DNA of 63,765 nucleotides from an uncultured bacterium (GCA_965541585.1 CBEUCH010000018.1:1-63765), one strand, 5' to 3'. Shown: positions 29,704 through 39,337, counted from the first letter of the stretch. The notes: generated from the letters alone by a model not told the origin. A program made the numbers and translations.

Positions 29704-30171
29704 ATGGGAGATAACACGCGGGGCGGAAAACAGAGCAATCAACTGCAGGTCAGGATAGCCAGCCATGCTGAAGTCATTAATCTGACCGGCAAGATAAAGG
29801 CATTGTTGGATGGGGGCTGTTCGCCCGAAGAGGAGGCTGAGATCGCCACCGCTGTTATAGAGCTGGCTTCCAACGCCTTGCAGTATGCGGGTTCGGGAGA
29901 TTTGAATCTCCAGATCGAGGGCGACATTTTAACTGTCAGTTGTGAGGACAACGGTCCCGGCATCCTGACGTGGGATTTAAGGAAGTACGAGGAGTTGGAG
30001 CTGAGCCACAACCTTGGCGAGGGCCTCGGTGTGGTGCATCGGCTCATGGATATGGTGGAAATTGAAACGAAAGCAGGAAGGGGAACAAGGATCATCGCCA
30101 GGCGCCGCCTGGGGGTTCGCACTGGTCCTCCTCCACTGCATGATGACGAAACGCGGAAGATCGGGGGTTAA
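29704..30171 (+). CDS. Second RsbT/anti-sigma-like HATPase protein
   Basis: TAVIELASNALQYAG, EDNGPGI, LGEGL, RLMD, GRGT. Confidence 0.8.
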   Translation: MGDNTRGGKQSNQLQVRIASHAEVINLTGKIKALLDGGCSPEEEAEIATAVIELASNALQYAGSGDLNLQIEGDILTVSCEDNGPGILTWDLRKYEELELSHNLGEGLGVVHRLMDMVEIETKAGRGTRIIARRRLGVRTGPPPLHDDETRKIGG

Positions 30172-30175
30172 CGCT

Positions 30176-31285
30176 TTGACACAGCATTTAGTGAGAGAAG
30201 CCAAGATCGATTTTGAGAACGTACTCCTCAAAATGCCCGAGGCCGCGCTGATTGAGAATGAGAGGCATGAAATTGTCTGGGCTAACGATGCTGCCCGGCA
30301 ACTCTTGAAAGTGAAGGCCGGAGAACCATCGGTAATACCGGGCGAAATTACGGAGGAATTGGCAAAAGGGAATAAGGATTTTATTATCAAAAAGCTCCGA
30401 ATTAAAGGACTCACGTTAGAATGCAAGTCGTCCATTCAAAAGGGCGGGAAATCTGAAACTAATATCTTTTCAATACTATCCGACGTATCGGAGCTGGAAA
30501 ACATCGCCGCCCACTGGTCCAAAATAGCCGAGGAAAGCGAGCGGAAAGCGGTGGAACTGGCACGGTCAAACGAGGAACTGGAGCAGTTTGCGTATGTAGC
30601 CTCGCATGACCTGCAGGAACCGTTACGAAAGATAAAGAGTTTTACAGAGCTTTTTGCCCAGCGCTTCAAGGGGAAAATCGATGAGAAAGCGGATAAGTAT
30701 ATTTATTACATCATAGATAGTACGGCCCGTATGCAGGGACTAATCAATGATTTACTATCATATTCACGGGTGAGCAGTCAAGGTCAACCCTTTAAGATGA
30801 CAGACTGCGAGAAGGCACTCGATTATGCAATAAGTAATTACCAGATGGCAATAAAAGAGAGCGACGCGGAGATAACGCACGATAAGCTCCCCTCAATTGT
30901 GGCTGATGAATCACAGTTGATACAAGTGTTCCAAAACCTGATTGGCAACGCTATAAAATTCAGCGGAGAAAAATCTCCGCGCATTCATATTTCGGCGAAG
31001 GATGAACATAGCGAATGGATTTTTTCGATCCAAGACAATGGTATAGGGATTGAAGCAAAGTATGCGGAACGCATTTTCATAATTTTTCAGCGATTACACA
31101 GCCGGGAGGAAAGTCCCGGCAGCGGAATCGGCCTGTCTATATGCAGGAAGATCGCAGAACGTCATGGGGGCCGTATCTGGGTTGAATCAACCCCCGGGGA
31201 GGGTTCAACGTTTTATTTCACTATACCAAAAAGCGAAAATGTGGCCAAAAAAGATAACAAAACATTAGTCAAGGCAAGGAGTTAA
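30176..31285 (+). CDS. PAS-containing sensor histidine kinase (Cph1-type transmitter)
   Basis: [42 protein letters not shown]; start uncertain (30140 or 30176). Confidence 0.88.
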   Translation: MTQHLVREAKIDFENVLLKMPEAALIENERHEIVWANDAARQLLKVKAGEPSVIPGEITEELAKGNKDFIIKKLRIKGLTLECKSSIQKGGKSETNIFSILSDVSELENIAAHWSKIAEESERKAVELARSNEELEQFAYVASHDLQEPLRKIKSFTELFAQRFKGKIDEKADKYIYYIIDSTARMQGLINDLLSYSRVSSQGQPFKMTDCEKALDYAISNYQMAIKESDAEITHDKLPSIVADESQLIQVFQNLIGNAIKFSGEKSPRIHISAKDEHSEWIFSIQDNGIGIEAKYAERIFIIFQRLHSREESPGSGIGLSICRKIAERHGGRIWVESTPGEGSTFYFTIPKSENVAKKDNKTLVKARS

Positions 31286-31289
31286 GACG

Positions 31290-31796
31290 ATGGATGACGA
31301 GAAATTCGGAAGCCCCATTGAGGTGTTGCTCGTCGAGGATGACCCGGGCGACGTTGAGCTGATGACCGAAGTAATGAGTAAAGCAAGGTTAAAAATCAAG
31401 ATGAACGCGGTGAGCGATGGCGTTAAAGCATTGGCGTATCTGCGCAGAGAGGGCGAATACGCTGATTCAACCAGGCCCGACCTGATATTGCTCGATCTTA
31501 ACATGCCCGGAAAAGATGGCCGGGAAGTGCTTCGTGAAATCAAGAATGAGGAAAGCTTGAGGTCCATACCCGTAGTAATCCTGACCACATCCGACGCAGA
31601 TGAGGATGTTGTTAAAACATATACGCTTGGCGCAAGCTGCTATGTTACCAAGCCAGTGGGGTTGGAACAGTTTGCCAAGGTGGTGGAATCTCTCGAAGAT
31701 TTCTGGTTTACGGTTGTAAAGTTCCCCCCGCGGAAAGACAGCGAACTTGAAAAGGACAAAGATCATGAGAATATCCATTCTTCTGGTAGAGGATGA
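31290..31796 (+). CDS. Single-domain response regulator (Rcp1-like)
   Basis: [37 protein letters not shown]. Confidence 0.9.
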   Translation: MDDEKFGSPIEVLLVEDDPGDVELMTEVMSKARLKIKMNAVSDGVKALAYLRREGEYADSTRPDLILLDLNMPGKDGREVLREIKNEESLRSIPVVILTTSDADEDVVKTYTLGASCYVTKPVGLEQFAKVVESLEDFWFTVVKFPPRKDSELEKDKDHENIHSSGRG

Positions 31797-32619
31797 ACCG
31801 GGAGACGTTGAGCTTATTAGAGAAATGCTCGGGGCAAATCGGGACATTTCTTACAAATTGACTATATCTGATCGTTGCTCCAGGGCGGTAGAAGTCCTGA
31901 ACAAGGAGAGGATAGATATTGTCTTGATGGATCTGGGCCTGCCCGACAGCCAGGGCATGGATACCCTTTTACGTGTTCTCGATGGGAAACCTGACGTTCC
32001 CATTATTGTAATGACGGGAAACGATAATGAAGCACAAGCGGCAAAAGCCGTTCAAATGGGCGCCCAGGACTATCTGATTAAAGGCCAAATCGATCAGAAG
32101 GTGCTTCAAAGATCGATTCGCTACGGTTTAGAACGTTATCGTTTATTAAAAGAGCTGGAGCTCGCGCGATTGCGGAAAGAGCAAGAACGGGAGATTAGAT
32201 CGCTTGATGAGTATTCGGATGGCTTGGCGACATCTGTCACGGCCCGTTCATTTGGAGTGGGCTTACTAAGCGAGACTATACCGGATTCATTCGAGGAACT
32301 TGTTTCAATATATGGTGATCTCCTTGATCTATCTCTCGAACAACGGACATTCAAGGTGGATAATACGATTTCCAAGAGGCTCTACTCCCTGGCGGAAAAG
32401 ATTGGCTTTCTGAAGGCCGGCCCTCGGGATATCGTGGAGATTCACAGCCTTGCCCTAAAAAGAAGGACAACGGAGGTCCCTCCGCAAAGGGCACAGGCAT
32501 TTATGGAAGAGGGAAGACTGATGGTGCTCGAGCTTATGGGCTATTTGGTTTCTGTTTACCGCGCCAATCAAAGCAGAATACCTGCTCAAATGGCTCTGAC
32601 TGAGAATAAGAGAAACTGA
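31765..32619 (+). CDS. Receiver domain fused to a KaiA-like C-terminal domain (KaiA3-type)
   Basis: N-terminal REC (VED, MDLGLPD, AQDYLIK). C-terminal [10 protein letters not shown]...[18 protein letters not shown] aligns by eye with the KaiA C-terminal helix (DYRL.LID.LAHL.E.YR). Directly upstream of kaiB-kaiC. Confidence 0.72.
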   Translation: MRISILLVEDEPGDVELIREMLGANRDISYKLTISDRCSRAVEVLNKERIDIVLMDLGLPDSQGMDTLLRVLDGKPDVPIIVMTGNDNEAQAAKAVQMGAQDYLIKGQIDQKVLQRSIRYGLERYRLLKELELARLRKEQEREIRSLDEYSDGLATSVTARSFGVGLLSETIPDSFEELVSIYGDLLDLSLEQRTFKVDNTISKRLYSLAEKIGFLKAGPRDIVEIHSLALKRRTTEVPPQRAQAFMEEGRLMVLELMGYLVSVYRANQSRIPAQMALTENKRN

Positions 32620-32638
32620 ATATCCGAGGAGGAGACTA

Positions 32639-32947
32639 ATGAATAAGCAAAAAATGACATTGTACATCACGGGGCTTACGCCCAAATCGGAACGGGCTAT
32701 CGCCAATCTACGGAAGGTCTGCGATGAGGAGCTTGGCGATCAATATGAAATTGAAGTTGTTGATATTCTCGAGCATCCTCAACTGGCGGAGGACCAGAAA
32801 ATCCTGGCGACGCCAACCCTGATTAAGGTTTTACCTCCACCCCTTCGCCGAATCATAGGAGATCTTTCCAATTTAGAAAAGGTCTTAATTGGACTTGACA
32901 TTCAGGTCCGCATACAAAAGACGGAGGAATCCAATGTGTCCGAATAA
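32639..32947 (+). CDS. kaiB: Circadian clock protein KaiB
   Basis: LYITGLTPKS, PQLAEDQKILATPTLIKVLPPPLRRIIGDLSN.EKVLIGLD. Confidence 0.96.
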   Translation: MNKQKMTLYITGLTPKSERAIANLRKVCDEELGDQYEIEVVDILEHPQLAEDQKILATPTLIKVLPPPLRRIIGDLSNLEKVLIGLDIQVRIQKTEESNVSE

Positions 32948-34472
32948 AGATATTCTCGATTTTGAGATTAAGAAACTGGAAACTCGAATTCCAGGCTTCG
33001 ACCTTATCAGCAACGGCGGACTTCCGGAGGGCCGCACAACTCTGGTTTCCGGAACAGCCGGAGGTGGAAAGACCGTGTTCGCGGTGCAGTTTCTTGCAGA
33101 GGGAATCCAAAAAGCCGATGAGAACGGCGTCTTTGTGACGTTCGAAGAGCCGCCCGAGGATATTCGCAGGAATATGCTCGGCCTGGGGTGGGACATTGGG
33201 AAATGGGAAGACGAGGGCAGATGGGCGTTCGTAGATGCCTCACCGCAAGAGGGGTTAGAAATAATCGAGACCGGGAACTACGATTTAGGAGCCCTTTTGG
33301 CTCGAATCGAACATGGCGTCAAGAAGGTTGACGCGAAACGCCTGTCAATGGACTCTCTCGGCGCCATTTTCTCCCAGTTTACAAACAGCGGAATTGTGCG
33401 GATCGAGCTATTCCGGATAGCAATAGCTTTGAAAAAAATGGGTATCACCGCGATCTTGACAGCTGAGCGGACAGAAGAATACGGTGAAATCTCACGTCAT
33501 GGCGTTGAGGAATTCGTGACAGATAATGTGATTATAATGCGGAATGTACTGGAGGAAGAGAAGCGTCGCCGAACCATAGAGATACTCAAATTCAGAGGAA
33601 CCAGTCATCAAAAAGGAGAATGGCCCTTTACAATAGTCCCCAATGAAGGGGTGGTTGTGCTTCCCCTTTCCGCCATGGAGCTCACCCAGAGATCATCCGA
33701 TATCAGGGTCTCTACGGGAAATGATGTTCTCGATGAAATGACCGGCGGCGGTTTTTTCCGAGATTCGATAATACTTGCGTCCGGTGCCACCGGCACAGGC
33801 AAGACGCTTCTGGTTACGGAATTCCTGAACGACGGCTGCCTTAAAGGCGCTAAAACTCTCGTGTTTGCCTTTGAGGAATCTCGGGCGCAGCTCTTGAGAA
33901 ATGCCATTGGCTGGGGTATTGATTTCCAGAAGTGGGAAGAATCCGAATTATTGAAAATTGTCTGCGAGTACCCTGAGAGCCGCGGGCTGGAAGACCATTT
34001 ACTTATTATGAAAAGGGAAATCGAAAGTTTTCAGCCGACGCGTATTGCGGTAGATAGCCTCTCAGCGCTTGAAAGAGGGTCAACTACGAAGAGCTTCCGC
34101 GAATTTGTGATCGGGCTGACTTCCTTCGTCAAGGAAAAAGAAACGGCCGGCCTGCTCACAGCTACGACAACCTCATTGATGGGTGGAACATCGGTAACCG
34201 AGGGCCATATCTCAACCATCACCGACTCGATCCTGCTGCTCAGATATGTCGAATTGTTGGGAGAGATGCGAAGGGGCATAACAGTTTTGAAAATGCGTGG
34301 TTCAATGCATGATAAGAACATCCGGGAGTTTTCTATAGACGGAGAAGGGATGCATATCGGCAGACCGTTCCGGGACGTTTCAGGTATATTGTCCGGCCAC
34401 ATTGTCCATGTGAGCCCGGGAGAAATAGAACGCACGGGAAGCATGTTTAAAGAAATGGAAAAAGTGAGATAG
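32934..34472 (+). CDS. kaiC: Circadian clock protein KaiC (double-domain)
   Basis: Walker A GTAGGGKT and GATGTGKT, FEE pairs, KFR/KMR fingers, phosphosite region HISTITDSILLLRYVE; GGAGG RBS before the ATG at 32934. Confidence 0.96.
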   Translation: MCPNKDILDFEIKKLETRIPGFDLISNGGLPEGRTTLVSGTAGGGKTVFAVQFLAEGIQKADENGVFVTFEEPPEDIRRNMLGLGWDIGKWEDEGRWAFVDASPQEGLEIIETGNYDLGALLARIEHGVKKVDAKRLSMDSLGAIFSQFTNSGIVRIELFRIAIALKKMGITAILTAERTEEYGEISRHGVEEFVTDNVIIMRNVLEEEKRRRTIEILKFRGTSHQKGEWPFTIVPNEGVVVLPLSAMELTQRSSDIRVSTGNDVLDEMTGGGFFRDSIILASGATGTGKTLLVTEFLNDGCLKGAKTLVFAFEESRAQLLRNAIGWGIDFQKWEESELLKIVCEYPESRGLEDHLLIMKREIESFQPTRIAVDSLSALERGSTTKSFREFVIGLTSFVKEKETAGLLTATTTSLMGGTSVTEGHISTITDSILLLRYVELLGEMRRGITVLKMRGSMHDKNIREFSIDGEGMHIGRPFRDVSGILSGHIVHVSPGEIERTGSMFKEMEKVR

Positions 34473-34552
34473 GTGAATGTGTCTGAGCGGCTGAACAGCA
34501 TACGAGACAGGAAATGCCGTTTCTCGGCAATTGAAACTCGGGCGGTACAGGT

Positions 34553-36874
34553 ATGAGCGACAAGAATTTAAGAATTTTGCTTATCGAGGACGATCAGGGC
34601 GACGCCCAATTGATTCGGGAGATGCTTGATAATATTCAGGCGTCTCGTCCAGCCGACTTTTCCTATGAATTAGTTCACGTCGGCCGGCTTGCAGATGCCC
34701 TTGATAAAATACGCGAAAGGAAATTTGACCTGATCTTACTTGACCTTTCGTTGCCCGATTCTAATGGTCTTCAATCGCTTCTCAAAATCCGAATTCATGG
34801 TGCAGGAATCCCGGTAATCATATTAGCCGGTTTGGACGATGAATTAGTAGCAATTCAGGCTATCAGAGGCGGCGCCCAGGATTACCTGGTTAAGGGACAT
34901 ATGAATAGTCGCCTCTTAGGGCGGTATCTCAGATTTGCTGTTGAACGGCAACAATTATTGTGCAAGTTGGATGGAAGCGAATCACGTCTGCATAAGATCA
35001 TTCAGAAAAGCGCAGATGGTATCATAGTGGTGGACAGGGACGGAGTTGTATGCTTTGTCAATCCGGCAGCTGAAAATCTGTTTGCGCGTCAAAAGAATGG
35101 AATCCTGGGCGATCCCTTCGGCTTCCCTGTCGTGCCAGGCGAAAATGCAGAGCTCGATATCCTGAGAAAAGACGGGAAAACCGCCACGGTGGAAATGCGG
35201 GTAGTCAAAATCGAATGGCAGGAACAGCCTGCGTACCTGGCATCCTTACGGGATATTACGGAACGCAAGAAGTCAGAACAGGAAATCGCTAATCTGCGTC
35301 AAGAATTGTCGGAGGAAAACCAAAGGCTCATGGAATCGAATGAGAGGCTAAAGGAGCTTGATAATCTAAAGACTGATTTTCTAATGACAGCTTCTCACGA
35401 GCTTCGAACCCCGTTGACCATAATTCAACAATATATTGCAATAGTCAGAGACGGCATGGCCGGACCCATCAATAAGGAACAGGAGGAGTGTCTTGAATCC
35501 TCATTAAAGAATTGCAATCGCCTGGGCAATCTCCTGAATGATATCCTTGATTTTGAGCGTATACAATCCGGCAGACAGCGTTTAAAGCGGAGAAGCACGG
35601 ATATCTCAGCTCTATTGAAATGCTGCTATCACGATTTCCTTCCGCGCTGCAAGGGCAAGCATCAACAACTGGAATTAGTCGTTCCGGAAGGGTTGCCGAA
35701 CATTCTGAGCGACGAAGAGAAAATCCAGCAGATTTTAGTGAACCTACTGGGTAACGCTCAGAAGTTCACCCAGGAAAACGGCCAGATTATCATAAAAGCC
35801 CATCATGACAATAAAAAGGTAATTGTATCCATCCAAGACAATGGCCCCGGTATCGGCAATGAGGATCAGAAAAGTATCTTTGACAAATTCACTCAAATTG
35901 AACGAAAAGCTGGTCCTGGAGCTAAAGGCACAGGTTTGGGGCTGGCAATATCTAAAAAAATAATAGAAATGCATGACGGAATATTAACGGTAGATAGCAC
36001 TCCAGGCGAGGGATGCACATTTTCATTTGCTCTTCCGATTTATGACGAGAAGAAGGAATTGTATAGCTTCATTAGTGATCGTGCGAAAATAGCAGAAACG
36101 ATCGGAATGAATTTGTTTTTGATTCTGCTGAAGATTGGCCGAGATGGTGTTTCCTCCCAGAAATCCCCAGGCGAAAATGAGGTAGGGACTCTGAAAGGGA
36201 TTGAAGAAACTACTGATCGAATTTTAAGACGAAATGATGACGAAATTCTTTTGGTTCCATCTGAAGGTCTGCTGGCAATTATGATGGAAGCCGATGATAA
36301 CGGAGCCCGGGCTTTTGTGAATCGTTTGGGAAGTTCGCTTGTTGATAGTCTAGAATTGGATGATCCGATTTTCTATTCAGCTGTTAAAGTTGGAACGGAG
36401 ATTGCCGCCGAGGAACTACTCGATTCTGCCATTAACAAATTGAAACGTATGGAGGGATTGGCCGTCCGAAAACGTGTACTCATAGTGGATGACGAGGAGG
36501 ATATTTTACCTGTAATTACCGGATTTCTGGAGTCGACAGATCTCGATCTGAAGATCGAATCAACTACCAGTGGTTACGATGCTTGTATCAAATTTGGAAT
36601 CTTTGCCCCGGATCTTGTTATACTCGATATCGTAATGAGGGGTTTTGACGGTATTGAGGTTTTGAAAAAGATTAAGGAAAACCCTCACAAGAACCATGCG
36701 AAAATATTGGTCATGTCAGGACATTCTCAATTTATGGATGATGCGATGCATCTAGGCGCCGACGATTTCCTTTTAAAAACACAGATGGCAAATGAGTTAG
36801 CTCGAAAAGCCATCTACTTGCTGGGGGAAGAGAAAAAAGGGGAAAGTCGTTTGGCAGAAAAGGTGAATCTTTAA
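34553..36874 (+). CDS. Hybrid histidine kinase REC-PAS-HisKA-HATPase-(degenerate GGDEF-like)-REC
   Basis: N- and C-terminal receivers, ASHELRTPL, NLLGNAQKF, DNGPGI, GTGLGL. Confidence 0.88.
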   Translation: MSDKNLRILLIEDDQGDAQLIREMLDNIQASRPADFSYELVHVGRLADALDKIRERKFDLILLDLSLPDSNGLQSLLKIRIHGAGIPVIILAGLDDELVAIQAIRGGAQDYLVKGHMNSRLLGRYLRFAVERQQLLCKLDGSESRLHKIIQKSADGIIVVDRDGVVCFVNPAAENLFARQKNGILGDPFGFPVVPGENAELDILRKDGKTATVEMRVVKIEWQEQPAYLASLRDITERKKSEQEIANLRQELSEENQRLMESNERLKELDNLKTDFLMTASHELRTPLTIIQQYIAIVRDGMAGPINKEQEECLESSLKNCNRLGNLLNDILDFERIQSGRQRLKRRSTDISALLKCCYHDFLPRCKGKHQQLELVVPEGLPNILSDEEKIQQILVNLLGNAQKFTQENGQIIIKAHHDNKKVIVSIQDNGPGIGNEDQKSIFDKFTQIERKAGPGAKGTGLGLAISKKIIEMHDGILTVDSTPGEGCTFSFALPIYDEKKELYSFISDRAKIAETIGMNLFLILLKIGRDGVSSQKSPGENEVGTLKGIEETTDRILRRNDDEILLVPSEGLLAIMMEADDNGARAFVNRLGSSLVDSLELDDPIFYSAVKVGTEIAAEELLDSAINKLKRMEGLAVRKRVLIVDDEEDILPVITGFLESTDLDLKIESTTSGYDACIKFGIFAPDLVILDIVMRGFDGIEVLKKIKENPHKNHAKILVMSGHSQFMDDAMHLGADDFLLKTQMANELARKAIYLLGEEKKGESRLAEKVNL

Positions 36875-36885
36875 AATTTAGATTA

Positions 36886-37275
36886 GTGGAGGATTATATG
36901 TTCAAAGGAAAAATCTTAGTTGTCGATGATGAACCGGATATTGTCAAGATAGTCGGTATTCGACTAAAAGCGAGCGGCTACGAAGTCGTCACGGCAATGG
37001 ATGGTCTGCAGGCCACGAATATTGCCATCATTGAGCAACCGGACCTCATTGTACTGGATATAAACATGCCTGCGGGCGATGGCCACACAGTCGCAAAGCG
37101 GTTAAAAAACTCCTCCAAAACCTGTTCAGTCCCAATCATTTTCTTAACCGCTAGCACGAATCCTGAAGATTACAAGAAAGCTATTGACTCAGGTATAGTC
37201 AAATACATTACGAAGCCATTCGATGCCAAGGAATTGCTAGCCGCTGTGGATGATCTCGTAACCCGAGGAAAATAG
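36886..37275 (+). CDS. Single-domain response regulator
   Basis: ILVVDDE, PDLIVLDINMP.GDG, FLTA, YITKPF. Confidence 0.9.
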   Translation: MEDYMFKGKILVVDDEPDIVKIVGIRLKASGYEVVTAMDGLQATNIAIIEQPDLIVLDINMPAGDGHTVAKRLKNSSKTCSVPIIFLTASTNPEDYKKAIDSGIVKYITKPFDAKELLAAVDDLVTRGK

Positions 37276-37315
37276 TCAGGTTGAGATGAATTGGAATCGT
37301 CAGTTAGGGCAACCT

Positions 37316-38422
37316 TTATTTGTAATCAAATTCCAGCTTCTCCACCGCATCCGCAAGGTGATCCGCCGCGAGATGAGAATAGATCATGGTGGTCTGGATA
37401 TCTGAATGCCCCATCAGTTTCTGAACGGTTGGAAGATCGACACCGCTCATTACAAGATGGCTGGCGTAGGTATGGCGCAATGAATGGAGCTTGGTCAAAC
37501 CCTCGATTCTGGCCTTCTGCGCTACCCTGATAAGCTGCCTGCGGAGCTTTTCTTTGATTTTGCCACCGTCTGCATGCGGGAAGACGAAGCTGGCTTTTAG
37601 ACCTTTCTCATTCTTCACTTTGAGATTTTTCAGGAGTTCATAGGTCCCCTGGTTCATCGGTATCTCCCTCTCCCCCGTCTTGGGATGCCAGAAATCTTTA
37701 CGTCGGATCTTGATCTTACGGCGTTTGAAGTCAATATCTGCCCATTCGAGATTCTCCAACTCAGCTTTCCGCATACCTGTATTCAGGAATGTGTAGAAGA
37801 TATTCCTCAAATCCGGATGGGAGTTCTCCAGCAACCGCCTGCATTCTTCCTTGGTCAAGAATCTCGGCTGTTTGGAATCGTTGACCTTGAGCCGGACCAC
37901 ACCCTTTGTGGGATTCTCCTTCATGAAGCCCCATTTGATAGCCATGTTGAAGATGGTTCGCAGCGTCCCGATCTCGAAGTTGATGGTATTCCCCCTGGCT
38001 CCCTTTCGCGTGTAGTCAGAGATATCCTCGTCAGATTCAACTTGAGAACCGTTCGGATTGACCCACTCACCTTTGCGGAATACCTTATAGCCGTCTATCT
38101 CCTTTGCCCCGATCTGGGATAGGAACAGAATCTCCGGCTGGAGGGTTAAGAACTTCTTGAAGTGATCTAAAACAGCCCTGTAGCGATTGTAGGTGGCCTT
38201 CGAATGGTTGGCATCGGAATACTCCAGGAACCGCTCCAGAAACATTTGTATGGAAGCATCGTTCTTGGCGAAGCCGAACTCATCCCTGGCGATTTTGACT
38301 TCAGCATCCCTTAAAGCAAGCTCGGCAATCTTCTTTGAGGTGCCTACGCGCTTACGGACTCTTCGCCCACCGGCCCGTACATCGATATACCAGATATTGC
38401 CTCTTTTGTAGGTTGATCCCAT
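37316..38422 (-). CDS. int: Tyrosine integrase of island A
   Basis: N-terminal arm-binding-like YKRGNIWY; TGMRKAE, LHSLRHTYAS, GHSDIQTTMIY; next to the tRNA-Ser core. Confidence 0.93.
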   Translation of the reverse strand: MGSTYKRGNIWYIDVRAGGRRVRKRVGTSKKIAELALRDAEVKIARDEFGFAKNDASIQMFLERFLEYSDANHSKATYNRYRAVLDHFKKFLTLQPEILFLSQIGAKEIDGYKVFRKGEWVNPNGSQVESDEDISDYTRKGARGNTINFEIGTLRTIFNMAIKWGFMKENPTKGVVRLKVNDSKQPRFLTKEECRRLLENSHPDLRNIFYTFLNTGMRKAELENLEWADIDFKRRKIKIRRKDFWHPKTGEREIPMNQGTYELLKNLKVKNEKGLKASFVFPHADGGKIKEKLRRQLIRVAQKARIEGLTKLHSLRHTYASHLVMSGVDLPTVQKLMGHSDIQTTMIYSHLAADHLADAVEKLEFDYK

Positions 38423-38476
38423 GCTAACCCCCGTATTCTGATGGTCACAATATGGCCACACGGCCTGTCCAGCCTC

Positions 38477-38504
38477 AGTATACTATGTCGGAATCTTTTG
38501 TCAA
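38477..38504 (-). promoter_or_regulatory. Putative sigma-70 promoter of the integrase
   Basis: TTGACA-N16-TATACT on the minus strand. Confidence 0.6.
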
Positions 38505-38533
38505 GTATAAAGTTACAGAATCTCAAAAAAAGA

Positions 38534-38560
38534 TGGCGGAGAGACTGGGATTCGAACCCA
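38534..38560 (-). tRNA. tRNA-Ser 3' fragment (att core), not a complete tRNA
   Basis: Minus strand tgggttcgaatcccagtctctccgcca: T arm, acceptor 3' strand TCTCTCC, discriminator G and CCA; no 5' half upstream. Confidence 0.85.
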
Positions 38561-38846
38561 GAAATGCCCTTTCACACCAATAACTTACAGCAGTTGCTAC
38601 AAATATGCTACAAGAATCGGCTTGATCCATTAGTGGATTTTCACCATCCGCTTACCTTCTGCCAACTCGGCATTTGATTGCACGGGAGGGCAAGTCCGGA
38701 GAACACTGCAAATAGGTCATTTGCTGTTGCCATATTGTTGGCGCGGTTGCCCGGTTCACCGGGATATTGGCTCCCTGTACCCAATGCACCCAGCCGTATA
38801 AGCCGGGCCGATCTTAAGAAGCAGGTCAGATATAAATAAAAAAATG

Positions 38847-38875
38847 TTGACAGAGTTTTTGGGATTCTATACTTT
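38847..38875 (+). promoter_or_regulatory. Putative sigma-70 promoter of the Rrf2/NXR cluster
   Basis: TTGACA-N17-TACTTT. Confidence 0.5.
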
Positions 38876-38893
38876 AACATCCAGAAATCCGAG

Positions 38894-39337
38894 ATGTTGT
38901 CGACCACCTCAAAATACGCGTTAAAAGCCCTTGTTTCCCTGGCCCGAATGCAAAATGGAAAAGCCAGGCGCTGCCAAGATTTAGCTCTGGAGACGAAAAT
39001 TCCTACTAACTACCTCTATAAGATTCTTTTGGCTCTACGCAACGCGGATATATTAACCGCTGCTCGTGGAATGACAGGAGGATATAAATTTAGCAGATCG
39101 CCGGAAGAAGTCCGTCTTATCGAAGTAATCCAGATATTTGAAGGAAAGAAGAAAAGAGCGATGTGTTTTCTTGGTGATGACCATGAATGTTCGGATCACT
39201 CCCCTTGTTCAGCACACGAATTATGGAGGAAAGTACAGTTTGTCTTACTTCGCTTTCTGGAATCTACAACCATTGAGGACATTTCAAGAAAGCCCTTGCA
39301 TAATTCCAGCAAACAATTACGGAAGAGAAATGTTTAA
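38894..39337 (+). CDS. Rrf2-family Fe-S transcriptional regulator
   Basis: LSTTSKYALKAL, IPTNYLYKIL, RGMTGGY, CFLG...CS...PCSAHELW. Confidence 0.9.
   Translation: MLSTTSKYALKALVSLARMQNGKARRCQDLALETKIPTNYLYKILLALRNADILTAARGMTGGYKFSRSPEEVRLIEVIQIFEGKKKRAMCFLGDDHECSDHSPCSAHELWRKVQFVLLRFLESTTIEDISRKPLHNSSKQLRKRNV

Larger units (their letters stand above)
6803..38560. mobile_element. Integrative element (island A, about 31.8 kb) bounded by tRNA-Ser 3'-end direct repeats
   Basis: 15-bp core gcggagagactggga at both ends; integrase next to the right core; tggtcacaatatggNcaca at both ends (6950, 38442); excisionase, primase/helicase and PC4-like genes inside. Confidence 0.85.

Noticed and set aside
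6803..38560. Prophage or conjugative ICE
   Set aside because: No capsid, terminase, tail, relaxase or type IV secretion genes recognised
38534..38620. Complete tRNA-Ser gene
   Set aside because: Only the T arm and acceptor 3' strand are present; there is no D arm or anticodon arm
38441..38677. 78-aa ORF containing WRRDWDSNP
   Set aside because: Antisense translation of the tRNA-Ser fragment and att arm; not a credible protein
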